The notes: generated by a model not told the origin, from the sequence alone. A DNA stretch of 34,976 nucleotides from Rhodospirillales bacterium (GCA_025350425.1 JANXXW010000045.1:1-34976), one strand, 5' to 3'. Positions 24,797-34,578 are shown, counted from the stretch's first letter. Numbers and translations: made by a program.

Positions 24797-25525
24797 CTAG
24801 GCCGCGCCGAGACGGCGATACGTCACCACGAGCACATCCCGGTGCGCCGGGTGATGCGGATCGAGCGGTTGGACGGCAGTTACGCCGTGCGATACCCGAT
24901 GGTCGTCCACCAGCGCGGCATCGAGCGGCTCGGTCAGCGTGAAGCTGCCCAGTTCTGCGTGCTCGCTGCCGTGAATGGTGGTGGTGCCGCTGGCGATGTT
25001 CTCGCGGGAGATCAACAGCACCAGCACGAAATCAACGCCGTCGCGGTGGGTTCCTTCCGGTGTCGGTTGTCCCAACGTGCTGGCGTTGGCCTCGATGCGA
25101 AACTGGTGCAACTCGATATGCCAGTCTGCACCGGGTGCCAGGCTGTCGAACAACTCGCGTGTGGCCGCGAGGATGGTGCCCAATGTATCGCTGGCTGCAA
25201 CCGCTGCCGTCATCGGCTCGAACCAGCGCTCCACGCCGCCGTTCAGCGCGTTGTAGTTCAACGTCTGGAAATGCGGCTGATCTGGCTGGCGCACCATTTC
25301 GGCGTCCGTCGCGGTCGCCTTGAACACCGCGTGGCGGCGGCGGCGGTACTTCCCGCCATCGGCCATATAGGTGTCGAGCGGCATCCCGTCCCAACTGGCG
25401 GCAAAGTCCTTCCAGTCCCCGAGGCCACCGCTGCTCTCCAACCATGCGCGACTTTCGCCCGCGTGCAGGAAGGCAAACCCGTCGTCGCGCAGGGTATCGG
25501 ACAGGATCGGCTCGATCGCGTTCAT
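24797..25525 (-). CDS. 2OG-Fe dioxygenase family protein
   Basis: Start at ATG 25525 (MNAIEPILSD), forming an ATGA overlap with the MscS-family stop. HxD iron motif in PTPEGTHRDGVDFVLV and a distal His in DDHRVSHGVT. About 240 aa, as in the 2OG-Fe_Oxy_2-type family. Confidence 0.65.
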   Translation of the reverse strand: MNAIEPILSDTLRDDGFAFLHAGESRAWLESSGGLGDWKDFAASWDGMPLDTYMADGGKYRRRRHAVFKATATDAEMVRQPDQPHFQTLNYNALNGGVERWFEPMTAAVAASDTLGTILAATRELFDSLAPGADWHIELHQFRIEANASTLGQPTPEGTHRDGVDFVLVLLISRENIASGTTTIHGSEHAELGSFTLTEPLDAALVDDHRVSHGVTAVQPLDPHHPAHRDVLVVTYRRLGAA

Positions 25526-27927
25526 GCGTGGCTCCCGATCGCGGCCGAAGCGATCGCGACTGGAGCGGTCTCGCCCATCTGTGGCGGCGGGGCCGGGACG
25601 GCGCTCAACACGCGATAGCTCGTCATCGGGCTTTCGATGGCGAGTTCGTCGAAGCGATACTTGACGCGTCGGTTCAACTCGCGGCCAACCGACCAGCGCT
25701 GTGCGGGCAGGGTCTTGATGCGGACGCGCAGCACCCACGCGGTATCGATAAATTTCTCCACGCCGAGCACATCGAGGTCGTCACGCAAGCTTGCCTCCCA
25801 CTTCACGTCCGCGCGCATGTCACTCGCGACACCGCGTAATATCTCCACGATATGGTCCGGTTCCTCGTTCAGTCCCACGCTGATATCGAGCACCGCATAG
25901 CTGAAATCGCGGGTCATATTGGTGACCGTCGTGACGGCGCTGAACGGCACAATATGGACCGATCCGTCCTGTGCCCGCAGCCGGATGGTCCGGACCGATA
26001 GGTTCTCCACTGTCCCCGTGAGCCCTCCAAGAGTCACCACGTCACCCACCTGCATGGTGTTTTCCAGCAGCAGGAAAAGGCCGGTGATGATGTCCTGCAC
26101 CAGCTTCTGCGAGCCAAAGCCCACGGCGATTCCGATCACGCTGGCGCCAGCCAGCAGCGGCGCGATGTTAACGCCGATCTCGCTGAGCACCATCAACCCG
26201 GCGACCACGAGGATCAGCACCAGCAGCGTGGTCCGCAGCATCGGCAGCAGGGTTCGGAGCCGGGCGGATTTGGCGATCTGCGCGCCACGGTCCAGCCGTT
26301 CCAGATGGCGCTGGATGCCGGCGTTGGACAGTTCCCATACCAGCAGCGACAGCAGGATCGTGACGCCCATCACCGACAGCGCCGAAACCAGCCGGCCACC
26401 GAGGGCGCCGAATTGAAACCAGGACAGGGCGTCGATCCCCCAGGACTCGAACAGCAACACGGTAGCGACCGCCGTCACCAGCGCAATGACGACTGCCCTG
26501 GCGATGGGGTGATAGCTTTGGGCACGTGCCTCAAGCCCCGGATAGCGGGCCGAAATCGCGGGCTTGATCCGCAGCGTGCGGTCAACGCCGCTGAGCAGGG
26601 CAATGGCCGCAAGCCGGCACGCGATGATAATGAGAAAGGTCGAGAGGAAGAAGTGCAGCAGGCGGGAGAAGCCGTTTGGCACTTCGAACGCCCAGACCAG
26701 CCACAAGGCGACGATGTAGAAGATAGCCATGACATGCCATGTCTCGGCCGCGCGGTTACGCAGCACCGAGATCAGGCCGGTGCTCTTCTTGGGCGCCCTC
26801 AGCCGGTCGGCCACCGCGTCCCGTTTCTGGATCACGACGATGACCAGCATAACGTGGACAACAAGCATCACCAGCTTCAGCAAAGCGTCGTGCGACAACT
26901 GATACAGGCCGAACAGGAGCGCCACCTCGATCCCGGCGTAACCGAAGATCGCGACCGACGCGATCCGGCGGACCCAGCGCAGCGTGTAGGCGGCATCCTC
27001 GTCCGACAGGTGAAGCATCCGCATCCGGGCGCTGTCTGGCGACACCATCGCGCGGGTCACGGACGTCACCACGCGCAGCAGGACGTAGGCGTTGAGCACC
27101 GCGAGGATGACCAGGCGCGTGGTGGATTGCTCGGCGAGCCCTGTGCCGAGCAACGCATATCCGACCGCCGCGACCGCCAACACGGGAAGCAGGTTCAGCC
27201 CGAGGGAGGCGAAAACGAACGGCAAGCGACGCAGCAGCGCCAGCGGCGACGGCCGACGCCGCCGCTTGGCGGGTTCGACCGGCTCGTCTGCCTCCAGGTC
27301 AGGTTTGCCGGAAGGCGGCTCACCCGACACCGTGTTACCGCATGGGGCGTGGGCCTCGAGCGCGCCGGCCGGGCGGCGGAGCGCCATGACGAGCAGCCGC
27401 TCGACCCCCAGCGCGCACGCCATCACGACCAGCAGCTTCAACGCCGCATCCATCAGCGCCGCCTGAGCCGCCGGGTCAGTCGCGAAGTGCGCCAGCCAAT
27501 GCGCCAGCAACGGAAAGTCCGTCACCGCGCGGACCATGGTCAGCACGTCGGCCGACAACGTGGTGATTCGCTGTTCGGCGGTGATGAGAATGTCAGCGCC
27601 GAGGCTGTCCGGCAATAACGGCGTCGGCAGCGCGCTGGTGGCGGGCTTTGGTGCTTCGGTCGCCGTCGTGGAGGCCGGGGTGCCGGCGGCCGGCGCGGCC
27701 TTGGCGATGGTCTGCAAGGTGGCCACGAACGCCGCCCGCTTGGCGTCGTCCTGCAGCATGTCGAGCGCCTGTCGGGCCTGATCCGGCGTGATGGCGCTGG
27801 GAGCAGGCGCGATTGCGGCATGGGCGGGCGGAGTGGCCGGACGGGTCTGCAGAAAACCGCCAAGCTGCGCGCGGGCGCCACCGGCCGAGGTCGCGAGCAA
27901 CAGGACTGCCATGAGGATGCGGATCAT
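25522..27927 (-). CDS. large mechanosensitive channel, MscS family (MscK/MscM-like architecture)
   Basis: Signal peptide MIRILMAVLLLATSAGGARAQ, a periplasmic Ala/Pro-rich region, many TM helices, and a C-terminal MscS core (GIAVGFGSQKLVQDIITGLFLLLENTMQVGDVVTLGGLTGTVENLSVRTIRLRAQDGSVHIVPFS). Confidence 0.85.
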   Translation of the reverse strand: MIRILMAVLLLATSAGGARAQLGGFLQTRPATPPAHAAIAPAPSAITPDQARQALDMLQDDAKRAAFVATLQTIAKAAPAAGTPASTTATEAPKPATSALPTPLLPDSLGADILITAEQRITTLSADVLTMVRAVTDFPLLAHWLAHFATDPAAQAALMDAALKLLVVMACALGVERLLVMALRRPAGALEAHAPCGNTVSGEPPSGKPDLEADEPVEPAKRRRRPSPLALLRRLPFVFASLGLNLLPVLAVAAVGYALLGTGLAEQSTTRLVILAVLNAYVLLRVVTSVTRAMVSPDSARMRMLHLSDEDAAYTLRWVRRIASVAIFGYAGIEVALLFGLYQLSHDALLKLVMLVVHVMLVIVVIQKRDAVADRLRAPKKSTGLISVLRNRAAETWHVMAIFYIVALWLVWAFEVPNGFSRLLHFFLSTFLIIIACRLAAIALLSGVDRTLRIKPAISARYPGLEARAQSYHPIARAVVIALVTAVATVLLFESWGIDALSWFQFGALGGRLVSALSVMGVTILLSLLVWELSNAGIQRHLERLDRGAQIAKSARLRTLLPMLRTTLLVLILVVAGLMVLSEIGVNIAPLLAGASVIGIAVGFGSQKLVQDIITGLFLLLENTMQVGDVVTLGGLTGTVENLSVRTIRLRAQDGSVHIVPFSAVTTVTNMTRDFSYAVLDISVGLNEEPDHIVEILRGVASDMRADVKWEASLRDDLDVLGVEKFIDTAWVLRVRIKTLPAQRWSVGRELNRRVKYRFDELAIESPMTSYRVLSAVPAPPPQMGETAPVAIASAAIGSHA

Positions 27928-28012
27928 GCCGCAGCGGAACCATTAGCGCCCCGGCGGTGTCAACCTTGCGGCTCAGGGATGCAAATCGTCGCGAGCATCC
28001 TTAATAAAGGTC

Positions 28013-28204
28013 ATGAAGACGATTCTCACGATATTGGTCGCCCTGGGCATGCTCGCGACGCTCGGGATGCTGTTTGCGGGCATCTTGGGACTCGGGAAGG
28101 ACGCGACGGACCCACTGCGGTCCAATCGCCTGATGCGGTGGCGGGTCGTCCTTCAGGGCGTCACGTTGGTGCTGTTCATGCTGTTGCTGAGCATTTCGCG
28201 GTAG
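28013..28204 (+). CDS. twin-transmembrane-helix small protein (HIG1-domain family)
   Basis: 63 aa with two TM helices joined by a loop carrying SNRLMRWRVVLQG (HIG1-like R-x-R-V-x-x-Q). AAAGG lies upstream of the ATG. Confidence 0.7.
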   Translation: MKTILTILVALGMLATLGMLFAGILGLGKDATDPLRSNRLMRWRVVLQGVTLVLFMLLLSISR

Positions 28205-28263
28205 GTCTGGCCTTGTTTGACAGTGCGCCGCGCGGACCGGTAGATACCCCTAATATTGCACGT

Positions 28264-28286
28264 GCGAACAACCCTGTTTTGTTCGC
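28264..28286. repeat. perfect 8-bp inverted repeat GCGAACAA-N7-TTGTTCGC between the HIG1-like gene and etfB
   Basis: Read directly: gcgaacaa (28264-28271), ccctgtt, ttgttcgc (28279-28286). It lies 46 nt upstream of the etfB ATG. It could be an operator or an RNA hairpin. Function unknown. Confidence 0.6.
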
Positions 28287-28331
28287 CATCCGGGTAGCAT
28301 GCCCGGTCAACAAGGGAACGGCACGCTCGCC

Positions 28332-29081
28332 ATGAAAATCCTGGTCCCCGTCAAGCGGGTTGTCGATTACAACGTCAAGGTCCGGGTAAAGTCGGACGGC
28401 ACCGGGATCGAAACCGCCGGCGTTAAAATGTCGATGAATCCCTTTGATGAGATTGCCATCGAGGAGGCCGTGCGCCTGAAGGAAAAGGGCGTCGCCACCG
28501 AGATCGTCGCCATCTCCATGGGCGTTCCGCAATGCGCCGAAACTATCCGAACCGCGCTTGCGATGGGTGCGGACCGGGGGATTCTGGTCGAGACGGACGT
28601 GGCCCTACAGCCGCTGGCGGTCGCCAAGATGCTGGCCGCGATCGCCCGCAAGGAGGAGCCTCGGCTCATCCTGATGGGCAAGCAGGCCATCGACGATGAC
28701 ATGAACGCGACGGGCCAGATGCTGGCCGCCCTGCTTGGCTGGTCGCAAGGCACCTTCGCCAGCAAGATCACCATCGAAGGCGACACCGCCACTGTAGTAC
28801 GCGAGGTCGATGGCGGGTTGGAGACGGTCTCGATCGATTTGCCGGCGATCGTCACCACCGATTTGCGCCTGAACGAGCCGCGCTATGCATCGCTGCCGAA
28901 CATCATGAAGGCGCGCAAGAAGCCGATCGAGAACGTCAAGCCCGCCGACCTCGGCGTCGATCCGGCGCCTCGCCTCATCTTCCTGAAAGTGACCGAACCC
29001 CCGAAGCGGGTAGCGGGAGTCAAAGTCAGGACCGTCGCCGAACTCGTGGCCAAACTGAAAACCGAAGCAAAGGTGATCTGA
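28332..29081 (+). CDS. etfB: electron transfer flavoprotein beta subunit
   Basis: [23 protein letters not shown]...[17 protein letters not shown] is the canonical EtfB N-terminus. 249 aa. Confidence 0.9.
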   Translation: MKILVPVKRVVDYNVKVRVKSDGTGIETAGVKMSMNPFDEIAIEEAVRLKEKGVATEIVAISMGVPQCAETIRTALAMGADRGILVETDVALQPLAVAKMLAAIARKEEPRLILMGKQAIDDDMNATGQMLAALLGWSQGTFASKITIEGDTATVVREVDGGLETVSIDLPAIVTTDLRLNEPRYASLPNIMKARKKPIENVKPADLGVDPAPRLIFLKVTEPPKRVAGVKVRTVAELVAKLKTEAKVI

Positions 29082-29083
29082 CG

Positions 29084-30022
29084 ATGACCGCACTTGTCCT
29101 GCTCGACCACGAGAACGGCCTTATCAAGCAGCCTTCCCGCAGCGCGATTGCGGCCGCCCTGAAGCTGGGTGAAGTGCATGTCCTCGTAGCCGGCGAAGGT
29201 ATCGACGCAGCGGCCCAGGCTGCCGCCCGGATTCCCGGCGTCGGCAAGGTCCATAAGGCTGACCACGCCGTCTATGCCCATGCGATGGCCGAGCCGCTGG
29301 CGGCGTTGCTGGTGCAGATGGCCGGGCACCACGACCATTTGTTCGCGGCATCCAGCGCCATCGGCAAGAACGTGATGCCACGCGTGGCGGCACTGCTCGA
29401 CGTGCAACCCATCAGCGACATTTCCGAGGTGATCGACGCCGACACCTTCGTGCGGCCGATTTACGCCGGCAACGCTCTCGCCACGGTAAAAAGCTCGGAC
29501 ACGACGAAGGTCATCACCGTGCGCGCGGCCTCGTTCGATCCGGTTGAATCCGAAGGCGGCAACGCTGTCATAGAGGATATCGCAGCGGTGGCCGATCCCG
29601 GCATCTCACGCTTCATATCGGCGGAACTATCGAAGTCCGAACGCCCGGAGCTGACGGCAGCGCGGGTGGTCATCTCAGGCGGGCGTGGGATGCAGAACGG
29701 CTCCAACTTCTCGTTGCTGGAGCCGATCGCCGATATGCTCGGGGCCGCGGTTGGCGCATCGCGCGCTGCGGTGGACGCGGGATTCGTGCCCAACGACTAT
29801 CAGGTGGGTCAAACCGGCAAGATCGTGGCGCCGGACCTGTATGTCGCAGTCGGTATCTCCGGCGCGATCCAGCATCTCGCCGGCATGAAGGACAGCAAGG
29901 TGATCGTCGCCATCAACAAGGACGAGGAGGCGCCGATCTTCCAGGTGGCCGATTACGGGCTTGTGGCAGACCTGTTCAGCGCGCTGCCTGAACTCAAAGC
30001 CGAACTGGAGCGCGTTGGATGA
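29084..30022 (+). CDS. etfA: electron transfer flavoprotein alpha subunit
   Basis: It starts 2 nt after the etfB stop. C-terminal FAD-binding motif [37 protein letters not shown]. Confidence 0.9.
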   Translation: MTALVLLDHENGLIKQPSRSAIAAALKLGEVHVLVAGEGIDAAAQAAARIPGVGKVHKADHAVYAHAMAEPLAALLVQMAGHHDHLFAASSAIGKNVMPRVAALLDVQPISDISEVIDADTFVRPIYAGNALATVKSSDTTKVITVRAASFDPVESEGGNAVIEDIAAVADPGISRFISAELSKSERPELTAARVVISGGRGMQNGSNFSLLEPIADMLGAAVGASRAAVDAGFVPNDYQVGQTGKIVAPDLYVAVGISGAIQHLAGMKDSKVIVAINKDEEAPIFQVADYGLVADLFSALPELKAELERVG

Positions 30023-30948
30023 ACATAGCGGTTCTGCCCGCCTCTCTTGAAGCCGAGGCGCTGTCGCAGAGCCATGTGATTCAACGGATCGGCGTAATCG
30101 GCGCGGGCCAGATGGGCAACGGTATCAGCCACGTCTGCGCGTTGGCGGGCCTGCCGGTGGTCCTGCTGGACGTAAAGGCGGATGCGCTGGCGAAGGCCAT
30201 GGCGAGCATGGAGCGCAACCTCGATCGTCAGGTCAGCAAGGATCTCATATCCTCGCAGGACAAGGACGCCGCGTTGGCGCGGATCACGACCAGCAGCGAT
30301 TACGCCTCGTTCGGCGACTGCGACATGGTGATCGAGGCTGCGACCGAGAAGGAGGAGGTGAAGCGGGCAATCTACAAGGTTCTGACACCCCACCTCAAAC
30401 CTTCCTGCATGATCGCCTCCAACACCTCGTCCATCTCGATCACACGCCTCGGCGCCAGCACGGATCGCGCCGAGAAGTTCATCGGCATGCACTTCATGAA
30501 CCCGGTCCCGGTGATGAAGCTGGTCGAAGTGATCCGCGGGATCGCCACCGACGAACCAACCTTCCAAGCGACCCAGGCCCTGGCGCTACGGCTGCACAAG
30601 ACCACGGCGGTCAGCGAGGATTTCCCGGCTTTCATCGTCAACCGTATCCTGGTGCCGATGATCAACGAGGCCGTCTATGCCTTGTACGAAGGCGTCGGCA
30701 CCGTGTCGGGCATCGACACCGCGCTGAAGCTGGGCGCCAACCATCCCATGGGACCGCTGGAACTGGCGGATTTCATCGGATTGGACACCTGCCTCTCGAT
30801 CATGCAGGTGCTGTATGAGGGCCTGTCGGATAGTAAATACCGTCCCTGCCCGCTTCTGGTGAAGTATGTCGAGGCCGGGTGGCTCGGTCGCAAGGCGCAG
30901 CGCGGCTTCTACGACTACACGCAGACCCCGCCCCGCCCGACCAGATAG
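30019..30948 (+). CDS. hbd: 3-hydroxybutyryl-CoA (3-hydroxyacyl-CoA) dehydrogenase
   Basis: Rossmann motif IGVIGAGQMGNGI. HCDH core IEAATEKEEVKRAIY...NTSSISIT...GMHFMNPVPVMKLVE. The ATG forms an ATGA overlap with the etfA stop. A shorter start nearer the Rossmann motif is possible. Confidence 0.85.
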   Translation: MNIAVLPASLEAEALSQSHVIQRIGVIGAGQMGNGISHVCALAGLPVVLLDVKADALAKAMASMERNLDRQVSKDLISSQDKDAALARITTSSDYASFGDCDMVIEAATEKEEVKRAIYKVLTPHLKPSCMIASNTSSISITRLGASTDRAEKFIGMHFMNPVPVMKLVEVIRGIATDEPTFQATQALALRLHKTTAVSEDFPAFIVNRILVPMINEAVYALYEGVGTVSGIDTALKLGANHPMGPLELADFIGLDTCLSIMQVLYEGLSDSKYRPCPLLVKYVEAGWLGRKAQRGFYDYTQTPPRPTR

Positions 30949-30964
30949 GCTCCCGCCCTGAGGC

Positions 30965-31636
30965 TCATCTCTTCTGGAGCGGCCCGGCGGTGGACCGAAG
31001 CTTTCCACGCGGCTGGGACCAGAACCTGATTTCCTTCAATGAAGGAACAGCCACTTGGGCTTGGCCTCCTCCCCTTGGGAGTGGCGCAGGTTTATCCAGG
31101 CGTCGTGATCCCTTGGCCTTCTGACGAAGCAATTCCTCTCCTGGCCCCTTCCTCACGGGGCGTGAAGAAGCTGACGCAAGCCTGGGCCGGGACACGCGAA
31201 GGATGGCGGGAACGGGCCGCTGCGTGGTCATCCAGAGGATCGAGCGGACGATGCGCCCAGCCTGCGGGCACGCCGCGATCAGCGCAGCCATCTCCGGGTC
31301 GTTCAGCACGAGCTGCTGGAGACGGCAGCCATACACCCGCGTCTCCGGCATCAAATTGCCCAACCAAGCAAACCCAGTCGGCAACAGCCCTGGCGCGCGC
31401 GTCAATCCCACCCGGAGTACCGTCGAACGGCGTCGCGGAGCTGGCAGAGTGCCCGCCTGCGTGCGTGCCGCCAGTCCCGCGAACTGCCTGCCCAGGCGGC
31501 GTAGGTGGTTGAAAATCAGAATGATGAGCGGCCCGGCGGTGCGATCCTGCGCGATGAACTTCGGCACCGCATGGCACAGATCGTCGATGATCTGGGCGAA
31601 CCGGCCGGCGAGGGAGGTAAAATCCGAGATCGACAT
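30965..31636 (-). CDS. conserved hypothetical protein (no recognisable domain), basic C-terminal tail
   Basis: The N-terminal ~150 aa (FAQIIDDLCHAVPKFIA...LIILIFNHLRRLGRQFAGLAARTQAGTL...LPTGFAWL...QLVLNDPEMAALIAACPQAGRIVRSILWM) resembles uncharacterised alphaproteobacterial proteins I have seen. The last ~70 aa are R/K/G/P-rich. The end of the coding frame is uncertain. Confidence 0.5.
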   Translation of the reverse strand: MSISDFTSLAGRFAQIIDDLCHAVPKFIAQDRTAGPLIILIFNHLRRLGRQFAGLAARTQAGTLPAPRRRSTVLRVGLTRAPGLLPTGFAWLGNLMPETRVYGCRLQQLVLNDPEMAALIAACPQAGRIVRSILWMTTQRPVPAILRVSRPRLASASSRPVRKGPGEELLRQKAKGSRRLDKPAPLPRGGGQAQVAVPSLKEIRFWSQPRGKLRSTAGPLQKR

Positions 31637-31685
31637 ACAAGGAAGATAAGCCTATAGACTCCCTTGTGTCAAGCAGTTCCCATGC

Positions 31686-33176
31686 CTACCCGAGGTATCG
31701 AGTCCGTAAATGGGCGCGATAGACGACGCTGTCGAGCGGGGCGCCGGTAGCCTCCCGCAATAATTCGTCTGTCGTCAGAAGGCTGCCCTTGGAATGGACG
31801 TGGGTTCGGAGCCATCTCAGCATCGGGACGAAATCGCCCTGGCCGATAGCCTCCATCAACTCGGGCTCGGATTCCCGCGCGGCGGCGAACAACTGGGCGG
31901 CGGCCATGGCGCCAAGGGTATAGGTGGGAAAATAGCCAAAGCTGCCACCGTGCCAGTGAATATCCTGAAGGCAGCCAAGGCGAGCATTGGGCACATCAAG
32001 GCCGAGCAGTTCCTTCATGCCGTCATTCCAGGCGCCGGGAATATCGGCCACCTCCATATCCCCGGCGATCAACGCCGTTTCCATTCCGTAGCGGAGCAGG
32101 ATGTGGGCGGGATACGTCACTTCGTCCGCATCGACCCGGATAAAGCCGGGTTCGACATGGGTGTACGCGCAGAAGATATTCTCCGCCTCCCACGCCGGAC
32201 CGGAGCGGCCGAACGCCTCACGCACCAGCGGGGCGAGATAGGCGATGAAGGGTCGGCTGCGGCAAGCCTGCATCTCGAAGATGAGGGATTGGCTTTCATG
32301 CATCGTCATGCCGCGGGCGCAGCTTACGGGCTGGCTGAGCCAATCGCGGGGGCGGCCTTGTTCGTACAGCGCATGGCCGCTTTCGTGCAGCACGCCCATC
32401 AGGGCGGTGGAGAAATTCGCCTCGTCGTAACGGGTGGTGATCCGCACGTCGTCGGTGGCGCCACCGCAGAACGGATGGGTGCTGATGTCGGGCCGTCCGC
32501 GCGACGCGTCGAAACCAACCACACCCATGAGCCGCTGGCCGATGGCCTTCTGGATATCGGTGGGAAACGGACCGTCGAGCCGCAAGACAGGGCCATTCGC
32601 GGCTTGGCAATCGAGGACTTCGGCCAGTAGTCCAGGAAGCTCGGCGCGAAGATCGGCGAACATCGGATCGATGCGCGCTTGGCGCATTCCGGGGTCGTAG
32701 CCGTCGAGCAAGGCATCGTAGGGCGACAGGCCGAGTGCAGCGCCCTTCGCCTCCCCGACCGCCCGTTCGACCACAAGTACCTCGGACAACAGCGGCGCGA
32801 CCGCGTTGAAATCGGCATCGGCGCGTGCCTGCCGCCAAGCCATCTCACACCGAGAGCCGGCTTTCGAGCGGGCCTCCACGAGATCGGCGGGAAGTGCGGT
32901 CGCGTGGGCATGGTCGCGCCGCATTTCCCGCAGGTTGGCCTGCTGCCACGTCTCCAGTTCCGCGGCGCCTTGCTCGGCTGTGCCGAGAAGATCGCCGGTC
33001 TCGGGTGCGGTGAGTATCTCGTGGGACAAAACAGCCAGTGTCGCCAACTGCTCAGCGCGCCGGTCAGAGGCACCAAGCGGCATGGTTGTCTGCTGGTCCC
33101 AGCCGAGGATACCGCTAGCGTCGCCAAGTGCGGAGAGGCGGGCGAAGCGGTGTTCAAGGCGGATGTAGGCGGTCAT
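31686..33176 (-). CDS. carboxypeptidase, peptidase family M32 (Taq-type)
   Basis: HESGHALYEQG zinc motif, STHPFCGG, and CLQDIHWHGGSFGYFPTYTLG. About 495 aa. GGAGG lies upstream of the ATG. Confidence 0.85.
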   Translation of the reverse strand: MTAYIRLEHRFARLSALGDASGILGWDQQTTMPLGASDRRAEQLATLAVLSHEILTAPETGDLLGTAEQGAAELETWQQANLREMRRDHAHATALPADLVEARSKAGSRCEMAWRQARADADFNAVAPLLSEVLVVERAVGEAKGAALGLSPYDALLDGYDPGMRQARIDPMFADLRAELPGLLAEVLDCQAANGPVLRLDGPFPTDIQKAIGQRLMGVVGFDASRGRPDISTHPFCGGATDDVRITTRYDEANFSTALMGVLHESGHALYEQGRPRDWLSQPVSCARGMTMHESQSLIFEMQACRSRPFIAYLAPLVREAFGRSGPAWEAENIFCAYTHVEPGFIRVDADEVTYPAHILLRYGMETALIAGDMEVADIPGAWNDGMKELLGLDVPNARLGCLQDIHWHGGSFGYFPTYTLGAMAAAQLFAAARESEPELMEAIGQGDFVPMLRWLRTHVHSKGSLLTTDELLREATGAPLDSVVYRAHLRTRYLG

Positions 33177-33199
33177 GGAGCCTCCGTGAGTAAAGACGG

Positions 33200-33859
33200 C
33201 TAGAGCAGGTCGCGCTGCTTGAGGCTTTCACGCGCGATGCGCCGCCAACGGGCGGCAAGGCCCGGAAGCTCGAGGAGTTCCCGCATTTCTTCGGCGGCGC
33301 CGGATTTCCGCCCAACCAAAGCGAACAAGCGGGAGATCGGCCAAGTCGGATTGGGTCGATCAACGAGCGTGGCGATATCGCCAGGCGTGATCGTGCCGGG
33401 CCGCGCCACGCTGTAATACCAGCCACTGAGTCCAAGGCGGCGTAGCGTGATCGGCATCCGGCTGTCATCGAACGCGAGCGCAAGCTTGAAGCAAGGCTCG
33501 CGCGGCTGCGTCACACACAACTCGGCCGAGCCGACGGCGACAACGTCCCCGATGCAGACATCCGTCTCGCTCCAATCCGAGAAGGTAAGGTTTTCACCCA
33601 GCGCGCCCGGCGTAAGTCGCGCCGCGTGCTGCGGATATTCGGCAAACCACTTGGCGTAGGCTGGCTCGCCATAGCCATACACCGCCTTCTCCAGACCGCC
33701 ATGCACCCGAAGATCAGCCTGTGCGTCGCCCACGATGCCGAGTGGACCGACTTTCACCGGGCCAGATACGACACTTTTTACGTATCCACTGGGGATTGCG
33801 TTCCGGCCGAGCGGAGCCACCGCGCCGACCTGGATCGACTGGACGCGAGCCGAAATCAA
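33200..33859 (-). CDS. MOSC domain-containing protein (YiiM-like)
   Basis: ...VQSIQVGAV...GIVGDAQADLRVHGGLEKAVY...GALGENLTF...IGDVVAVGSAELCVTQPREPCFKL is a typical MOSC pattern. The start is tentatively TTG 33859 (TTGA overlap with the SURF1 stop). The longer 307-aa ORF overlaps SURF1. Confidence 0.7.
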   Translation of the reverse strand: MISARVQSIQVGAVAPLGRNAIPSGYVKSVVSGPVKVGPLGIVGDAQADLRVHGGLEKAVYGYGEPAYAKWFAEYPQHAARLTPGALGENLTFSDWSETDVCIGDVVAVGSAELCVTQPREPCFKLALAFDDSRMPITLRRLGLSGWYYSVARPGTITPGDIATLVDRPNPTWPISRLFALVGRKSGAAEEMRELLELPGLAARWRRIARESLKQRDLL

Positions 33860-34491
33860 CGCGCCGTGCCGCTTAGGGAGCGCCGGACGTACGCGGTGAA
33901 TATCACCAACAAGGTCACCGCCAATCCGAACCAGGTGATCGCATAGGAAAGATGGTCGTTCGGCGGCCGGGGAAGCGTCTCGGCCGGGTCCGGCACCCCG
34001 TGTGGACCAAGGGCCACCAGGGTAAAGGGAGCGACCGTCGGCAGGCCGAGGGCCAGTCCGATCCGTGCGGGATCGAGAGTGTAGAACTGCCGCTTTACAG
34101 GATCGTCGGTGGGGGAGAACCAACCGGGATGATCGGGTGGCCGGACATAGCCATCGATCGAGACGATTCCCGGCTTGGAGGCCGGCCGCAGATTACCGGG
34201 AACCCACCCGCGATCGACCATGATAGGCACCGCGCCAACGCGCTCCAGGGGAACCAGAAGCTGCTCTCCGAGCACCGAACCGGTTTTGGTCTCCCGCACG
34301 TCAGCGCCATAGGTGGCCGCGAGATCATCACGCAAACGCCCTTCGACGTGCACCTTCATGAATGGCCGCGGATCGTTGGCGAGTGGTACGGCCGGTTCCG
34401 ACTCGGAGCGGGCAAACTCCGCAAGCAGCCCTAATTTCCACGCACGGCGCTCAAGCTGCCAAACTCCAAGCCCTATCAGGACCGCGAGCAT
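33856..34491 (-). CDS. SURF1-family cytochrome oxidase assembly protein
   Basis: GLGVWQLERRAWKLGLL..., a central periplasmic domain, and a C-terminal TM (YAITWFGLAVTLLVIFTAYV). The first canonical start (ATG 34491) truncates the expected N-terminal TM helix. See the finding on this gene. Confidence 0.75.
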   Translation of the reverse strand: MLAVLIGLGVWQLERRAWKLGLLAEFARSESEPAVPLANDPRPFMKVHVEGRLRDDLAATYGADVRETKTGSVLGEQLLVPLERVGAVPIMVDRGWVPGNLRPASKPGIVSIDGYVRPPDHPGWFSPTDDPVKRQFYTLDPARIGLALGLPTVAPFTLVALGPHGVPDPAETLPRPPNDHLSYAITWFGLAVTLLVIFTAYVRRSLSGTAR

Positions 34492-34578
34492 GAGGAGAGT
34501 GCTGAGGCCCGGAACCAGCAGGCTCCGGGCGCTCGATTGCCGTGTCGCGGCGACAGGATTATTCGGCGACAGGATGGC

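Noticed and set aside
27977-28000. The inverted repeat GGATGC-N12-GCATCC between the MscS-family gene and the HIG1-like gene.
   Set aside because: It has only 6-bp arms with a 12-nt loop. This is easily a chance occurrence, and nothing else supports a function.
33200-34123. The 307-aa version of the MOSC ORF.
   Set aside because: Its N-terminal 88 codons overlap the SURF1 C-terminal coding region and are Arg/Pro-rich. The MOSC homology begins near ...ISARVQSIQVG.
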